DNA of 64,000 bases. Origin: Candidatus Obscuribacteraceae bacterium (lineage in GTDB: Bacteria > Cyanobacteriota > Vampirovibrionia > Obscuribacterales > Obscuribacteraceae). Made by a program: the position numbers and the translations under genes. The notes beneath the pieces are model-generated. The model did no database searches. It saw only the letters and a program-made list of their open reading frames with translations, and was not told the DNA's origin. Positions 1 to 9,983 of the stretch are shown here, piece by piece. Location of the stretch: positions 736,001 through 800,000 of the forward strand of contig JBGAHS010000004.1 of assembly GCA_044226015.1 (NCBI GenBank), given 5' to 3'. How positions within the stretch are numbered: position 1 is the stretch's first letter; the number at the start of each line of letters is the position of its first letter.

Positions 1-2
1 TT

Positions 3-497
3 TTACTAGAGTTGAACAGGGACGATGATTGCTTGAAAGACCTGAACAAGCTGGTCAAGCTTCGACCTCAGGATCCACAAAGTTATATGAGTCGGGCAAG
101 TTTTTATGCAAAGAAAGCCGACTGGACAAAAGCAATTCACGACCTCGACAGTGTTATTGATTATGCTTTGATGGGACCGCTCAGCAATCAAGCCTTGATT
201 TTGCGAGCTCAAGCACAGCGAAAGATTGATAATTTTGTCGAGGTCGAAACAGACTATTCGAGCCTTTTGGCTGGCTATCCTCGAGATGTTGATTACTTGT
301 ATGGAAGAGCGGAAGCTCGATATAGGTTGCAGAAGTTTGAGAGGGCGTTGAAAGACATCAATGCCGCAATTGATGTAAATCAACTGCAGCCCCGCTTGTA
401 CGAATTACGCGCATTGATTTATGAAGCACTGAATATGAAAGACAAGGCTGCTCAAGACCGGGAGAAAGCTAGTGCATTATCCACAAAGAATAGCTAA
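3..497 (+). CDS. TPR-repeat protein, 5'-truncated by window edge
   Basis: Frame open from base 3; tandem TPR-like helices (SYMSRASFY..AIHDLD, YLYGRAEARYRLQKFERALKDINAAI, LYELRALIYEAL). Confidence 0.85.
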   Translation, partial: LLELNRDDDCLKDLNKLVKLRPQDPQSYMSRASFYAKKADWTKAIHDLDSVIDYALMGPLSNQALILRAQAQRKIDNFVEVETDYSSLLAGYPRDVDYLYGRAEARYRLQKFERALKDINAAIDVNQLQPRLYELRALIYEALNMKDKAAQDREKASALSTKNS

Positions 498-612
498 GTT
501 ATCCCCGTTTCAGTATTTAATCTTTTTCCTCGAATTTTAATCTGTTTTGATTGAACTTTTTGGGTCGATTTAGCGTTACTAGTTTAGTCAGGAATGATCG
601 TAAGGAGCCCTT

Positions 613-1872
613 TTGTCTGGTTTAGAGAAAAACTGTTTCTCTCGGGGCTCCTGCTTGAGGCGGCTCCTTTTCCTGGCTGTCGGATTATCGGCAGCTTCTG
701 TCGTTGTAATTCCTACTTTGGCTGATGAACGAATGCCCTTAGCCGCGCCAGATTTCCGCAATCAAGCTAAGTCAGACGCTGTTGATTCAACGCAAGTGTC
801 GAGTCTTCCACCGCTTCAGGGTCGTGTCGGTTCCTTTGAAATCCTCATAGACGAGCTACAGCGGCGATTTGGATTCAGATGCAGAGAAGATCAAAGAGGT
901 GGGCTACATGTTGAGTCGGCTTCCGTTGATTCCGTCGCCTATCAGAGTGGTTTGCGTGACGGCGACTCCATAACTGATGCAACTCGTAAAGGCAATTCGT
1001 TTGAACTAACAATTGAGCGTAATGGACAGAGATCCATGATCATGCTCACTCCTAAGGCCGATGCCCAATCAGACAAATTCCAAATGCGAATTCAAAGACC
1101 TTCATTTCCGTTACAAGCAGAGAAGCAGCAGCACAACTACTCAAAGCCGCAGATGCCCAACTTTGATTTTGCAAAGAACCTAACCTTTAGTGCTTCAGTC
1201 ACAAAAAACGCAAAGGTACTGGCAAATTACAATCTTGAATTGATAGTGGATCGCTCAATGTCGATGCGTAAGCGAGACTGTCCTGGTGGAAGCTCTCGTT
1301 GGGGTTGGTGTGGCGAGCAAGCAGAAGAACTGGGCAAGCAACTTGCGGCTATCAACCATCAAGCTATTTCCATTACGACTTTTGCTGGTGATTATCTTGT
1401 GTATGAAAATCAATCACCACTGCAAATTTCAAATGTTTTTAGTAACAGTCAGCTGCAGTATGGAACACGCCTCGGTGAGCCTCTTGAGGAACGCATCGAC
1501 CGAGCTCTCCAAAAGAGCCGGCAGACGGGCAAGCCAGCTTTAATTGCAATTATCACTGATGGTGTTCCGGCTCCTCGATATGAACCACAACTTGTGGTTG
1601 ACGTATTGGTCGAAGCTACAAAGAAGTTGCGCAATCCACAGGAACTTAAAGTACTCTTCCTGCAAGTCGGGTCACAAGATCCGCGAGGGCAGTTCTTTCT
1701 CCATAATTTGGATCATCGACTGATTGAGGTTGGAGCCCGTTATGATATCGTGCAAACAGTCACATTTGATTACCTCGAACAAGTCGGACTCGGACAAGCT
1801 CTGGCTAATAGCGTTTCGTCCATTACTACAAAGACAGTACGGCAGAGTTCGACGTCGGGTTCTTTCAACTGA
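613..1872 (+). CDS. Exported PDZ-like + von Willebrand factor A domain protein
   Basis: N-terminal signal-like segment; PDZ-like SVAYQSGLRDGDSI..LTIERNG; vWA MIDAS motif LIVDRSMSM, GT(RLG), IITDG. Confidence 0.8.
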   Translation: MSGLEKNCFSRGSCLRRLLFLAVGLSAASVVVIPTLADERMPLAAPDFRNQAKSDAVDSTQVSSLPPLQGRVGSFEILIDELQRRFGFRCREDQRGGLHVESASVDSVAYQSGLRDGDSITDATRKGNSFELTIERNGQRSMIMLTPKADAQSDKFQMRIQRPSFPLQAEKQQHNYSKPQMPNFDFAKNLTFSASVTKNAKVLANYNLELIVDRSMSMRKRDCPGGSSRWGWCGEQAEELGKQLAAINHQAISITTFAGDYLVYENQSPLQISNVFSNSQLQYGTRLGEPLEERIDRALQKSRQTGKPALIAIITDGVPAPRYEPQLVVDVLVEATKKLRNPQELKVLFLQVGSQDPRGQFFLHNLDHRLIEVGARYDIVQTVTFDYLEQVGLGQALANSVSSITTKTVRQSSTSGSFN

Positions 1873-1877
1873 AAAAA

Positions 1878-4448
1878 CTAATCGACCCCGCGCAATAGTT
1901 GGCTTAAGCTTATGTCCATGGTTTCAACTACGCCCCGTAAGTCGTACAACATGCTTACTCTATCAGAAACAAGATTTCGACTCTCTGGTAGCATAAGCCG
2001 TTTCGCTCCCAGAGCGCAGACTCGGTCTATCTGTCTCTTGTTTTCATAGTTTCCTGCCAGCAGTTTCGTTTCACCCCAGTAGTTGTGGAGTTCCTCTTTC
2101 CATGATTTTGCGTTGCTCTCATCGCTTACCCGAGTATTGAGATATTGCAAGACTTGGGGAGAAAATCCATTCAACGCTGGACTATTACGATTAAAACAAG
2201 CTGATAGCATGCTTGGCCGAGGAACTGAATCAAGTCGAGAAGCTAGCTTGTGTTCTAGCAAGCTCAAGGTTCCTAGTCCAATAGAATTGAACCCAGCAAT
2301 TATTTTGAGTCTATCTGAAGCCCGATGTGATGCATCGGAGGAAGATAGTCCAAGCGGTCCGTAAAGGATAGTTCCCAGAATATAGCCCTGAAAGAAGTTG
2401 AGATTATTTGTCAAAAGTATTGCTCGGTCTCTAGCTCTGCTAATGCGATTCAAGCACTGGTTTTCTCTTGCTATTTCAGTCTCTATATTTGCGGCGGTGC
2501 TTTTAACGTTTAGCGTTGATACCATCACTTTACGCAATAGCGATAGTTTGGTTTCAAGAGACTCAGAGCCCTTACTGTTCGAAACCATTCGACTGTCCTT
2601 CAAGTTGAGAAGGTCATTCTTAGCACCAATCAGGCTTGCAGTTCTGTCGACAGAGTTTCCTTCAGTTGTGCTTGTGGATGTGGACGACTCTGATTTGCGT
2701 TGCGTTGTTTCAGTCAGGAGTTCGGCCAGGTAGTTATTAAAGGACGAAATCTTCACTCGTAAGGACTGCAGCAATGCGATCCGATCGGTCACAATCTTTA
2801 TCGTATCGAATCTTGAACTAGCAAAGCCCGCTAGCCTTTTCTGGTTCGCAGCATTCTCTGGATTTAGCGATGAAACATGATTTCGTTTCCAAATCTCTAA
2901 CAATTGTTCTTTGTTCGTTTTGCCGCTGCTCTCACCTTTGGCATTCAAAAACTGCCTAACAAGAGAAGGCAATTTTTGTGTTGTATCGGTTTGGAGTCCA
3001 AAAAATTCTGCCAGCGAATTCTCTGGTATATCAATAGTTCTTTTCTCTCCCCTGCTGGCGTGGAGGGCGAATGTTGATATCGCCATTCCTGTTCCATTCG
3101 CACAGATAAAGACTTCATCTGCTGCTTTTGTATAAGTTTTTAGATCAAGAAAACCGCCGATTGCGTTGAGCGTACCTTTGTTGATAAAGTTAGCTTGAGT
3201 GACTCTTTGCGAGACTTTGTTGCGACGGCTATTCAATTCAGCCAGAACTACGTCAAATGAATAGTTTAGTTCGCTATTGATTTTGCCAACCGCAGATTGA
3301 ACGCTGAGCATTGCGCGTAACGTTTCTTCGAGTATTTCTAGCTCATCTTCTAGTGCAGTCATATTGTTTTTGCCTGAAAATTTTTCGACTCGTCCCACTT
3401 GGGCCTCAATGCCGAGCAAGCTACTTGCAAGTCGAGTGTTTGAGCTCGCCATTGGCAAGTTTGAGGCTTGCGCTTGGTCTTCAGGTAGTCGCCTTCGCTG
3501 GTCTTTCAAAACGTCGAGCAAGGCGAGGAGTTCTCGATCAAATGTGTTGAGAAACGTGTGCAGAGACCAGAGCAATACTATTCGCTTCTTGATCAATGAA
3601 GGCGTTCTTGCCTTAGCACTCTTCAATCCACAAAGGCTGTTCTCGTCTTCAAGGCTGGCTGCATAACGCTTTTTCCAGAGCCCATTCATTTCTTGCTTGC
3701 GGGAAATGGTACTGGCATTCCATGCCGGTTTGTCCATGTAGCACTTTGGTATTTCCGACAAGTGACGCAAGCTCACCGGCTCACCATCGAGGGTGTCATG
3801 AAAGACTTTGGGAACGCTAAATTTCCCGACCCTGCTATGTTTGTTGTAAAGCAAATTTGCTGCGGGCAAAGCAGCCGAGAGACCTGCTCCTATGGTCGTT
3901 AGTATGTATGATTGCTTGTCCTGGTGGTGTAGCTTTGAGCGCCCTTCAATCCCATAAAGAGTTCCGCTCTGTAGAAAATTGACAAAGTTGAATAGTTGAT
4001 TGGCCTCATCTACCTTGTCTTGCTGTCTCTGCCCGAGTTCATATGCATAAGCAAGTTCGAGGTCGATCTTGCTGCAGTCCGCACGATTTTCCAAATAACC
4101 CAACAAGACCTTCTCTAATACTCTCGTCCTGCATCGTAAAAGCTCGGTCCTTTGAATGTCATTGGATACATCTCTTTGCGCCAAAATGCTCTGAAATTCC
4201 TGCTCTACCCCCAAGATTTCTGCCGCTTGTGCTGCTTCGAAATACTTTTGTGCGTTTGCTTCTTCCGCCTTCGCTGCCTGAATACAGAGCATTGATATGA
4301 GCGAAGCTAGCAGAAATCGAACTGTCTGTCTTTGCCGTTTTTCTGGGAGCCAAAAAGACTCTGGACTCATTTCTTGTAATCCTGCATTAGCGCATGGTTG
4401 CCATGCAGAGAAGCTCTCACCTGGCGTATGAATGCGATAGCCTATCAT
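1878..4448 (-). CDS. Hypothetical exported protein built from three ~260-aa helical repeats
   Basis: 856-aa ORF; signal-like FLLASLISMLCIQAAKA; three repeats of NF..G.L / KxxLxxxW / xRIxLLxxL motifs. True start probably downstream of 4448. Confidence 0.75.
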   Translation of the reverse strand: MIGYRIHTPGESFSAWQPCANAGLQEMSPESFWLPEKRQRQTVRFLLASLISMLCIQAAKAEEANAQKYFEAAQAAEILGVEQEFQSILAQRDVSNDIQRTELLRCRTRVLEKVLLGYLENRADCSKIDLELAYAYELGQRQQDKVDEANQLFNFVNFLQSGTLYGIEGRSKLHHQDKQSYILTTIGAGLSAALPAANLLYNKHSRVGKFSVPKVFHDTLDGEPVSLRHLSEIPKCYMDKPAWNASTISRKQEMNGLWKKRYAASLEDENSLCGLKSAKARTPSLIKKRIVLLWSLHTFLNTFDRELLALLDVLKDQRRRLPEDQAQASNLPMASSNTRLASSLLGIEAQVGRVEKFSGKNNMTALEDELEILEETLRAMLSVQSAVGKINSELNYSFDVVLAELNSRRNKVSQRVTQANFINKGTLNAIGGFLDLKTYTKAADEVFICANGTGMAISTFALHASRGEKRTIDIPENSLAEFFGLQTDTTQKLPSLVRQFLNAKGESSGKTNKEQLLEIWKRNHVSSLNPENAANQKRLAGFASSRFDTIKIVTDRIALLQSLRVKISSFNNYLAELLTETTQRKSESSTSTSTTEGNSVDRTASLIGAKNDLLNLKDSRMVSNSKGSESLETKLSLLRKVMVSTLNVKSTAANIETEIARENQCLNRISRARDRAILLTNNLNFFQGYILGTILYGPLGLSSSDASHRASDRLKIIAGFNSIGLGTLSLLEHKLASRLDSVPRPSMLSACFNRNSPALNGFSPQVLQYLNTRVSDESNAKSWKEELHNYWGETKLLAGNYENKRQIDRVCALGAKRLMLPESRNLVSDRVSMLYDLRGVVETMDISLSQLLRGVD

Positions 4449-4613
4449 GAAATCATCGACGTTATCAATGTATACGTCTTTAGCAACCGCGCGCAGTTGT
4501 TTCGAGATCCTAAATCACTCGACTAAATCAATGTCGCTTTCTTGCTGTGAAAAATGCGCCACTGCTGGCGGTGACACAAAGGATCGGAACAAACGTTCGA
4601 AATCAAGTCACAA

Positions 4614-5012
4614 TTACTTCATGCAAGCGAAATGCTTCATCTCGCCTTCAATCCAGGCGAGGTCTTTATCGACATTTTGCAATTGGACTACCTGATAATC
4701 AAAATTTTTCTGGTGCTTGATTTTCAAATCCATAAGATAGGAACGCGAGGACAGCAGCTTCTGTCTATCTACCATGGAATAGTTTGCAGTTAGTGCTCTG
4801 TCTACCTGTTTCAGCCAGGAGTCTACTTGATTCAAATTGCGAATAGAGTCGGCTCTGTCGTCCATCAATCGCTGCTTTTTGCCAAGCAGATTGTGGTACG
4901 CCGCTTCGTAACTCAAAGGGATATTGTTATCAGCTAAAGCTGACAAAGGACAAACGAATGTCAAAACGACAAACAGTTTTATCACTGTGTTTTTATGCAT
5001 GTGCTCTTTCAC
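4614..5012 (-). CDS. Small exported coiled-coil hypothetical protein
   Basis: Signal peptide ending ALA-D; heptad-like helical remainder. Confidence 0.7.
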   Translation of the reverse strand: MKEHMHKNTVIKLFVVLTFVCPLSALADNNIPLSYEAAYHNLLGKKQRLMDDRADSIRNLNQVDSWLKQVDRALTANYSMVDRQKLLSSRSYLMDLKIKHQKNFDYQVVQLQNVDKDLAWIEGEMKHFACMK

Positions 5013-5142
5013 CAGGCGCGAAAAATCAATCGTGGCTCAAACGACTACAAATCCCCTGCTGCATGTCATAATGACTAAATAGATTTAAGATGTCAAGTGA
5101 GTGTAAATGAAGAATCTATCAAGCCTGGTAGAAATACGAACT

Positions 5143-5730
5143 CTAGTTTTTCATTTCACATATTTCTGGAATCAGCTCTAATAATTCGTTCGCTTGCAAT
5201 GCCGTTGCAAATTCTTTGTGCAGGCTTGCAAGAGCAGATGAATGAATGTCGTCCGCTGACCAGAGACGCCCATCCGGACCGGTTTTTTCGAAAGTGGCCG
5301 TAGCATCGGTGACTATGAATGCTCTAAATCCAAGGTTTCCTGCCATGCGTGTAGAGGTAGAAACACAGTGATCGGTTGTTAATCCACACAGTACCAAATC
5401 TGTAATATTGGCGGCGCGCAGCTTCTTTTCTAAATCAGTTCCAATGAAAGCACTGTTTACATTTTTCGTGATTATTTCTTCACCAGCAGTAGGCGCAACA
5501 ATGGCTTTTATCGCAGAACCAGGGCGGTCTGGGCGCAGAGGTGATTGCTCTTCAGTCGATAAATGCTGAACGTGAAACACAGGCATTTTTTGCTCGCGCC
5601 ACTTGTTGAGAATTTTTGATGCAACCTGTTCCGCATCCTTATTGTTTCGCTTTCCCCAATATGCGTCATCGAATCCATCTTGAATGTCTATCAGAATGAG
5701 AGCAGCATTTTTACTTAGTTTGGCTGACAT
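5143..5730 (-). CDS. Isochorismatase-family cysteine hydrolase
   Basis: ALILIDIQDGF, K..NSAF.GTDL, GLTTDHCVSTSTR (Asp/Lys/Cys triad). ATG at 5730 chosen; it overlaps the 3' end of the upstream gene. Confidence 0.92.
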   Translation of the reverse strand: MSAKLSKNAALILIDIQDGFDDAYWGKRNNKDAEQVASKILNKWREQKMPVFHVQHLSTEEQSPLRPDRPGSAIKAIVAPTAGEEIITKNVNSAFIGTDLEKKLRAANITDLVLCGLTTDHCVSTSTRMAGNLGFRAFIVTDATATFEKTGPDGRLWSADDIHSSALASLHKEFATALQANELLELIPEICEMKN

Positions 5731-7267
5731 TTGTGGTTTTGTCTCCTTGGAAGAATTCAGGGTACTTCGAAAGCAAATCTTTCTCACGCTCGTTTACATC
5801 TTCCATAAAAGGATGTTTTGGATAGAACGAGCGTGCAATGTCATAACAGTTCCATGCGAAAACGTGCTTGTATTCTTTCTCGAGGTAATCACCGAGATCA
5901 TGATAAACACCAGCGATAAAAGGATTGTGCTCAAGGACACTCACAAACGCTTTGATAGGGCTTTTCTCAAGCGATGTGCTTACTTCTCCTGAACCATTCT
6001 TGTACATGTTGATAATCAAATTCGCTCTGAAAATATCAATTAGATATGATTTGTCTGACTTGCTGCGGTCTACCATATCCAAAGAACCAAGGGCGAGAGT
6101 CGCTTCTTGCTCATTTTGTGGCTCACCAAGTCCTGCCAGCATTTTTCTGCACTCGGGATCTTCTGAGAGTTGGTCTTTGATTCCAGCCATTTGCGCGCCC
6201 AGATTCTCTCCAGTTTGCAAACCGTATTCTGTAATCGTGAGCATAGCATCGAAGTAATTCTTTTCTTCGACTGACTTCTTGTATCTCATTATGGTCAGTT
6301 CTTTCAAGTTTTCTGGAGGCTTCTTCAACTCAGCGATCTTGGAGTAAACTGGCAGCAACGGATCATCAGGCAAATAGATTTTTGTATACCCAACTGGCAT
6401 TTTTACAACGCTATTGCCAGGCGTGTATTTCTTTAGGGAGTATGTAGCGCGTTCTCTTGATACGGGGTCGTTTATCAGGTAATAAGTCAGCTTCTGTGGA
6501 GCTTTAGCAAGTTTCTCTATATCTAGTCTGATTGCAGGGTGAATCTTCATTTCGGCGATTAGCCAGCGACTCAATTGCCTGTAAGTCTCGGGAGAGAGTG
6601 GTGTCGCAGACGGTGTCAGGCTCGTGACTATATCCTTATTGTACAAGTATTGGATTTCCGAGCCCACTTTAGTTTTCACCGGAACATATCCCGACGTTAT
6701 GGCTTCCTTCCCACTGCTTTTTAGTACCAGCGAAAACATTGCTTCATTGAAGAATTTATCGAAAGTCGACGATTTTTGTGCTTTGAATGCTGAGCCGAGT
6801 AATTTGCCAAGAAACATTCTGTTAGCTGTTTCAGCCACGCGGAATGCGAGCTGACCCATGATAGGCGTTTCAGAGTAAGTCTTCTTCTCATGATTTATTT
6901 CAATGCACTTCCTGCTTTTGAAATTGAAAATTGTGCTGCCATTCTTATCATCAACTTGAACTGTGTCTGCACCAGTCGAGACGGTGATGGTGTCCCTCAG
7001 TGGTGGCTGCCAAACTGGTTGAGCATTCTTCGAAATGATATTGCCCATTTCACCTGGGTTAAATCCACTTTCAGAAAGAATACCCTTTGGTGCTGCCATT
7101 CCTTTTGACGGACTTTTGGCTATTTCGATTACTCTCTCGAAAACGTAGGTGTCAGCCTCTGCACTTGCCTGTGTCCACAGCCAGGCGGACAAGAGGCAGA
7201 GGACTGGCAAGCAAGCTCGGCCCGCTGAAAGCCTGAGCCGATATCCGCGCCATGATATAGGAAGCAC
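5711..7267 (-). CDS. Exported hypothetical protein with C-terminal TPR-like helices
   Basis: Signal peptide (LSAWLWTQASA); C-terminal NPFIAGVYHDLGDYL..AWNCYDIARSFYP. Confidence 0.7.
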   Translation of the reverse strand: MLPISWRGYRLRLSAGRACLPVLCLLSAWLWTQASAEADTYVFERVIEIAKSPSKGMAAPKGILSESGFNPGEMGNIISKNAQPVWQPPLRDTITVSTGADTVQVDDKNGSTIFNFKSRKCIEINHEKKTYSETPIMGQLAFRVAETANRMFLGKLLGSAFKAQKSSTFDKFFNEAMFSLVLKSSGKEAITSGYVPVKTKVGSEIQYLYNKDIVTSLTPSATPLSPETYRQLSRWLIAEMKIHPAIRLDIEKLAKAPQKLTYYLINDPVSRERATYSLKKYTPGNSVVKMPVGYTKIYLPDDPLLPVYSKIAELKKPPENLKELTIMRYKKSVEEKNYFDAMLTITEYGLQTGENLGAQMAGIKDQLSEDPECRKMLAGLGEPQNEQEATLALGSLDMVDRSKSDKSYLIDIFRANLIINMYKNGSGEVSTSLEKSPIKAFVSVLEHNPFIAGVYHDLGDYLEKEYKHVFAWNCYDIARSFYPKHPFMEDVNEREKDLLSKYPEFFQGDKTTNVSQTK

Positions 7268-7269
7268 TA

Positions 7270-8523
7270 CTAACGCAGCCCATCTTTGGGGCTATTTTCG
7301 GGTTCGTTTTCGCTGCTTGGTGTGTATGATGGGTCGACGGGATGCAGTGCTTGTTCGATTTCGTGTGCTGGCACTTCGTGTTCTAAGGCAGACTTTGTTT
7401 CTTCCGCTTTCGTCGCATCAAACCGTTTCTGCTCGGATGTGTTTTTTAATTCTGCTCGTTTTCGTTCTACAACTTTATGTTCTGAACTTCGGTTGATATG
7501 CAGCTTGCTCTTATTCTTGTGAGCACGCTCTTCCGGTAGTTCGCCGGTGTAGTAATAGTCCAAAACAAGTTTGATGCAAGCCGCTACAGGAATGGCTATG
7601 AGCATTCCTAGACCGCCTGCCAGCGTTTCGCCGCAGAGTACGGCGAAGATTACTGCAAGTGGATGCAGTTCGACTGCGTGTCCGATTACCTTAGGCACCA
7701 CAACATAGTCCTCGATCCATCTTGCAAGAGTGTAAAAGATTATGATTTCCAGAGCAGCATGTGGTCCGAATTGGGCGATACCAACTATAGTGGCAGTGGA
7801 TGTTGCAAGAATAGGACCTAAGACAGGTATGATTTCGAGGAAACCACTGAACACAGCTACCGGCAATGCGTACTTCATATGCAGGAAGAAATGTAGGAAG
7901 AGCCAGGCAACCGACGCCATGATGACGATCAACAAGATTTGCCCCTGCACATATTTGCTCAGCATCTTGTTCATTTGACCAAAGAGTTCAATAACACCCT
8001 CTCGTCTGGTCTCTGGCACATAGCGCAAGAAGAATCGACCAACCGATGCCGAATCGAGAGTAAAGTATATCGAGGAAACAACGCATACAAGAATTGAAAG
8101 TGCCAGGTGCGAAATTTCTCCAACGCCTTTCTGTAGTTCTTCTGGTCTTGTGACTGAATGAACGATGCCAGAAAGAGCTTGTTCTGTCAGTTGGTCTATG
8201 TCTCCTTGATATTTGACCATTCCAACCAACTGTTCTATGGCTTTGTGCACTAGCTCGCGCTGATTATCAGGGTTGCTCAATTCTTTCAGTTCGCTCATTG
8301 CTGAGGGACCCATTAAATAGATTGAGCCAGCCATTGCAGCCAAAAGTGAGAAGTACACAATAGCGGTCGCTATTCCAACTGGAATTCGAATGCGTTGCGC
8401 GAGGGCGTGCACCACAGGCAGTATCAAGTAGGCGAAAATGCCGCCGACAATTATCGGAGGAAACACATGTCTTACCTGGTAAATAAACCAGAGAATTACA
8501 AAAATCGCTATCCAACGGAACAT
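7270..8523 (-). CDS. AI-2E (PerM/UPF0118) family transporter
   Basis: Multiple TM helices; AYLILPVV, KYVQGQI, IIPVLGP, PKVIGHAVELHPL, GMLIAIPVAA motifs. Confidence 0.92.
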   Translation of the reverse strand: MFRWIAIFVILWFIYQVRHVFPPIIVGGIFAYLILPVVHALAQRIRIPVGIATAIVYFSLLAAMAGSIYLMGPSAMSELKELSNPDNQRELVHKAIEQLVGMVKYQGDIDQLTEQALSGIVHSVTRPEELQKGVGEISHLALSILVCVVSSIYFTLDSASVGRFFLRYVPETRREGVIELFGQMNKMLSKYVQGQILLIVIMASVAWLFLHFFLHMKYALPVAVFSGFLEIIPVLGPILATSTATIVGIAQFGPHAALEIIIFYTLARWIEDYVVVPKVIGHAVELHPLAVIFAVLCGETLAGGLGMLIAIPVAACIKLVLDYYYTGELPEERAHKNKSKLHINRSSEHKVVERKRAELKNTSEQKRFDATKAEETKSALEHEVPAHEIEQALHPVDPSYTPSSENEPENSPKDGLR

Positions 8524-8648
8524 GCTAAATCTCCGCTTTCTGGAACATACTTAACTCCGCTCTTCTGAAAGAATTTAAAGCAGGAATGAACCAATGCCAC
8601 AACGGCACAGAGTCAAAATCCTGCTCAAATAATTCCATAGTTGTCTTT

Positions 8649-9893
8649 CTAGCGAGCTGCAACCAGATCCTGGCTCATTGCCTTAAAATCGTGAATGCCA
8701 CCACGAACGAGTTTGCGTAGCATCCAGGCTGCGCGGAAGCGTTCTCCATGAACAGCTTGTTCTGCTTCTAATTCGCTGAGGCACCATCCGAAGCCTTTCT
8801 TTTCTGCCAGGGTCAACAAGCCATTGCCCATGCCGCAACCGTATTGCATAGCTGTGTCAACGTCTTGCGGAGTGGCAACGCCCTCTTGTACAGCGTACAA
8901 GGCTTCATTGAACATCGGCAGAATTATGCGATGGACATCGAACGCTCGTGGCTTTGTGCTGCCTGGTTTTTCTTTGCGCGCTTGCTCAAGTAAAGCAGCA
9001 AGCTCAGGGTTGATCTTGCGTGGCTCGCCTTTCTTCGGAATCTGACCGGCTTCATGCATGTAGAAACCTGCGCCTGACTTTTGTCCGAGGAATTTCTTTT
9101 GCACCATCAAATGAAGCAAAGGTGCTGGTTCAAATCTCAAGCCGTATTCCTTATAAAGGAACTCAGTGACATGAGCACATACATCGATGCCTGTCATGTC
9201 GAACAAAGTGAAGGGACCCATAGGCAGACCGAATTCAACGGCAACTCTGTCTATCTCATTTGCGTCAACGTTACCTTCTTGAAGGAGATATAGCGCCTCA
9301 TTGAGGTAGGGGAAAAGAAGGCGATTCACCAGGAAGCCCGGGCACTCTTCTACTTTCACAGGGATTTTGCCAAGTTCTTTGCAGAGAACCATGATCTCAT
9401 CGATGATTTGCTTTGATGTTTTGACACCTGGAATAACTTCAACAAGTTTCATGCTCTGCGCCGGATTGAAGAAGTGCATGCCAAGCACTTTCTCTGGGCG
9501 CTTCGTGCACGCTCCGATTTCCGAAATGGAAAGTGCCGAAGTATTGCTAGCAAGCACAGCATGCGGCGGACAAATCTTATCCAATTGCTGGAATATATCT
9601 TTCTTGACTTCGATTGTTTCAAGCGCAGCTTCAATTACAAGATCAACATCATCAAAGCCCTTGTATTCCGTTGAGCCCTTGACGTTTGCCATCAGGTAGT
9701 CTGCTTCAGCCTGAGTTAACGTGCCCTTCTTTACGCGCGAATCATACATTCTCTTAATGTTGGAAACACCGCGCTCAACAAATTCTGCGCTGACATCTTT
9801 GAGAATTACCTCTATGCCAGCCGCACTGAGCACCTGTGCAATTCCTGCACCCATCGTTCCCGCACCTACAACCGCAGCTTTCTGCACCTTCAT
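8649..9893 (-). CDS. 3-hydroxyacyl-CoA dehydrogenase (NAD-binding domain + duplicated C-terminal domain)
   Basis: VVGAGTMGAGIA Rossmann motif, DLVIEAALE, ASNTSAL, GMHFFNP, PGFLVNR, PMGPF. Confidence 0.93.
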   Translation of the reverse strand: MKVQKAAVVGAGTMGAGIAQVLSAAGIEVILKDVSAEFVERGVSNIKRMYDSRVKKGTLTQAEADYLMANVKGSTEYKGFDDVDLVIEAALETIEVKKDIFQQLDKICPPHAVLASNTSALSISEIGACTKRPEKVLGMHFFNPAQSMKLVEVIPGVKTSKQIIDEIMVLCKELGKIPVKVEECPGFLVNRLLFPYLNEALYLLQEGNVDANEIDRVAVEFGLPMGPFTLFDMTGIDVCAHVTEFLYKEYGLRFEPAPLLHLMVQKKFLGQKSGAGFYMHEAGQIPKKGEPRKINPELAALLEQARKEKPGSTKPRAFDVHRIILPMFNEALYAVQEGVATPQDVDTAMQYGCGMGNGLLTLAEKKGFGWCLSELEAEQAVHGERFRAAWMLRKLVRGGIHDFKAMSQDLVAAR

Positions 9894-9983
9894 GGAAGCA
9901 CCTCAGAAACTCATTCTAACTCTCAAAACCACACGTTATGCTAGCATAGCCAGGTTACTAATAATCCCCTACTCTGGTGCAGG

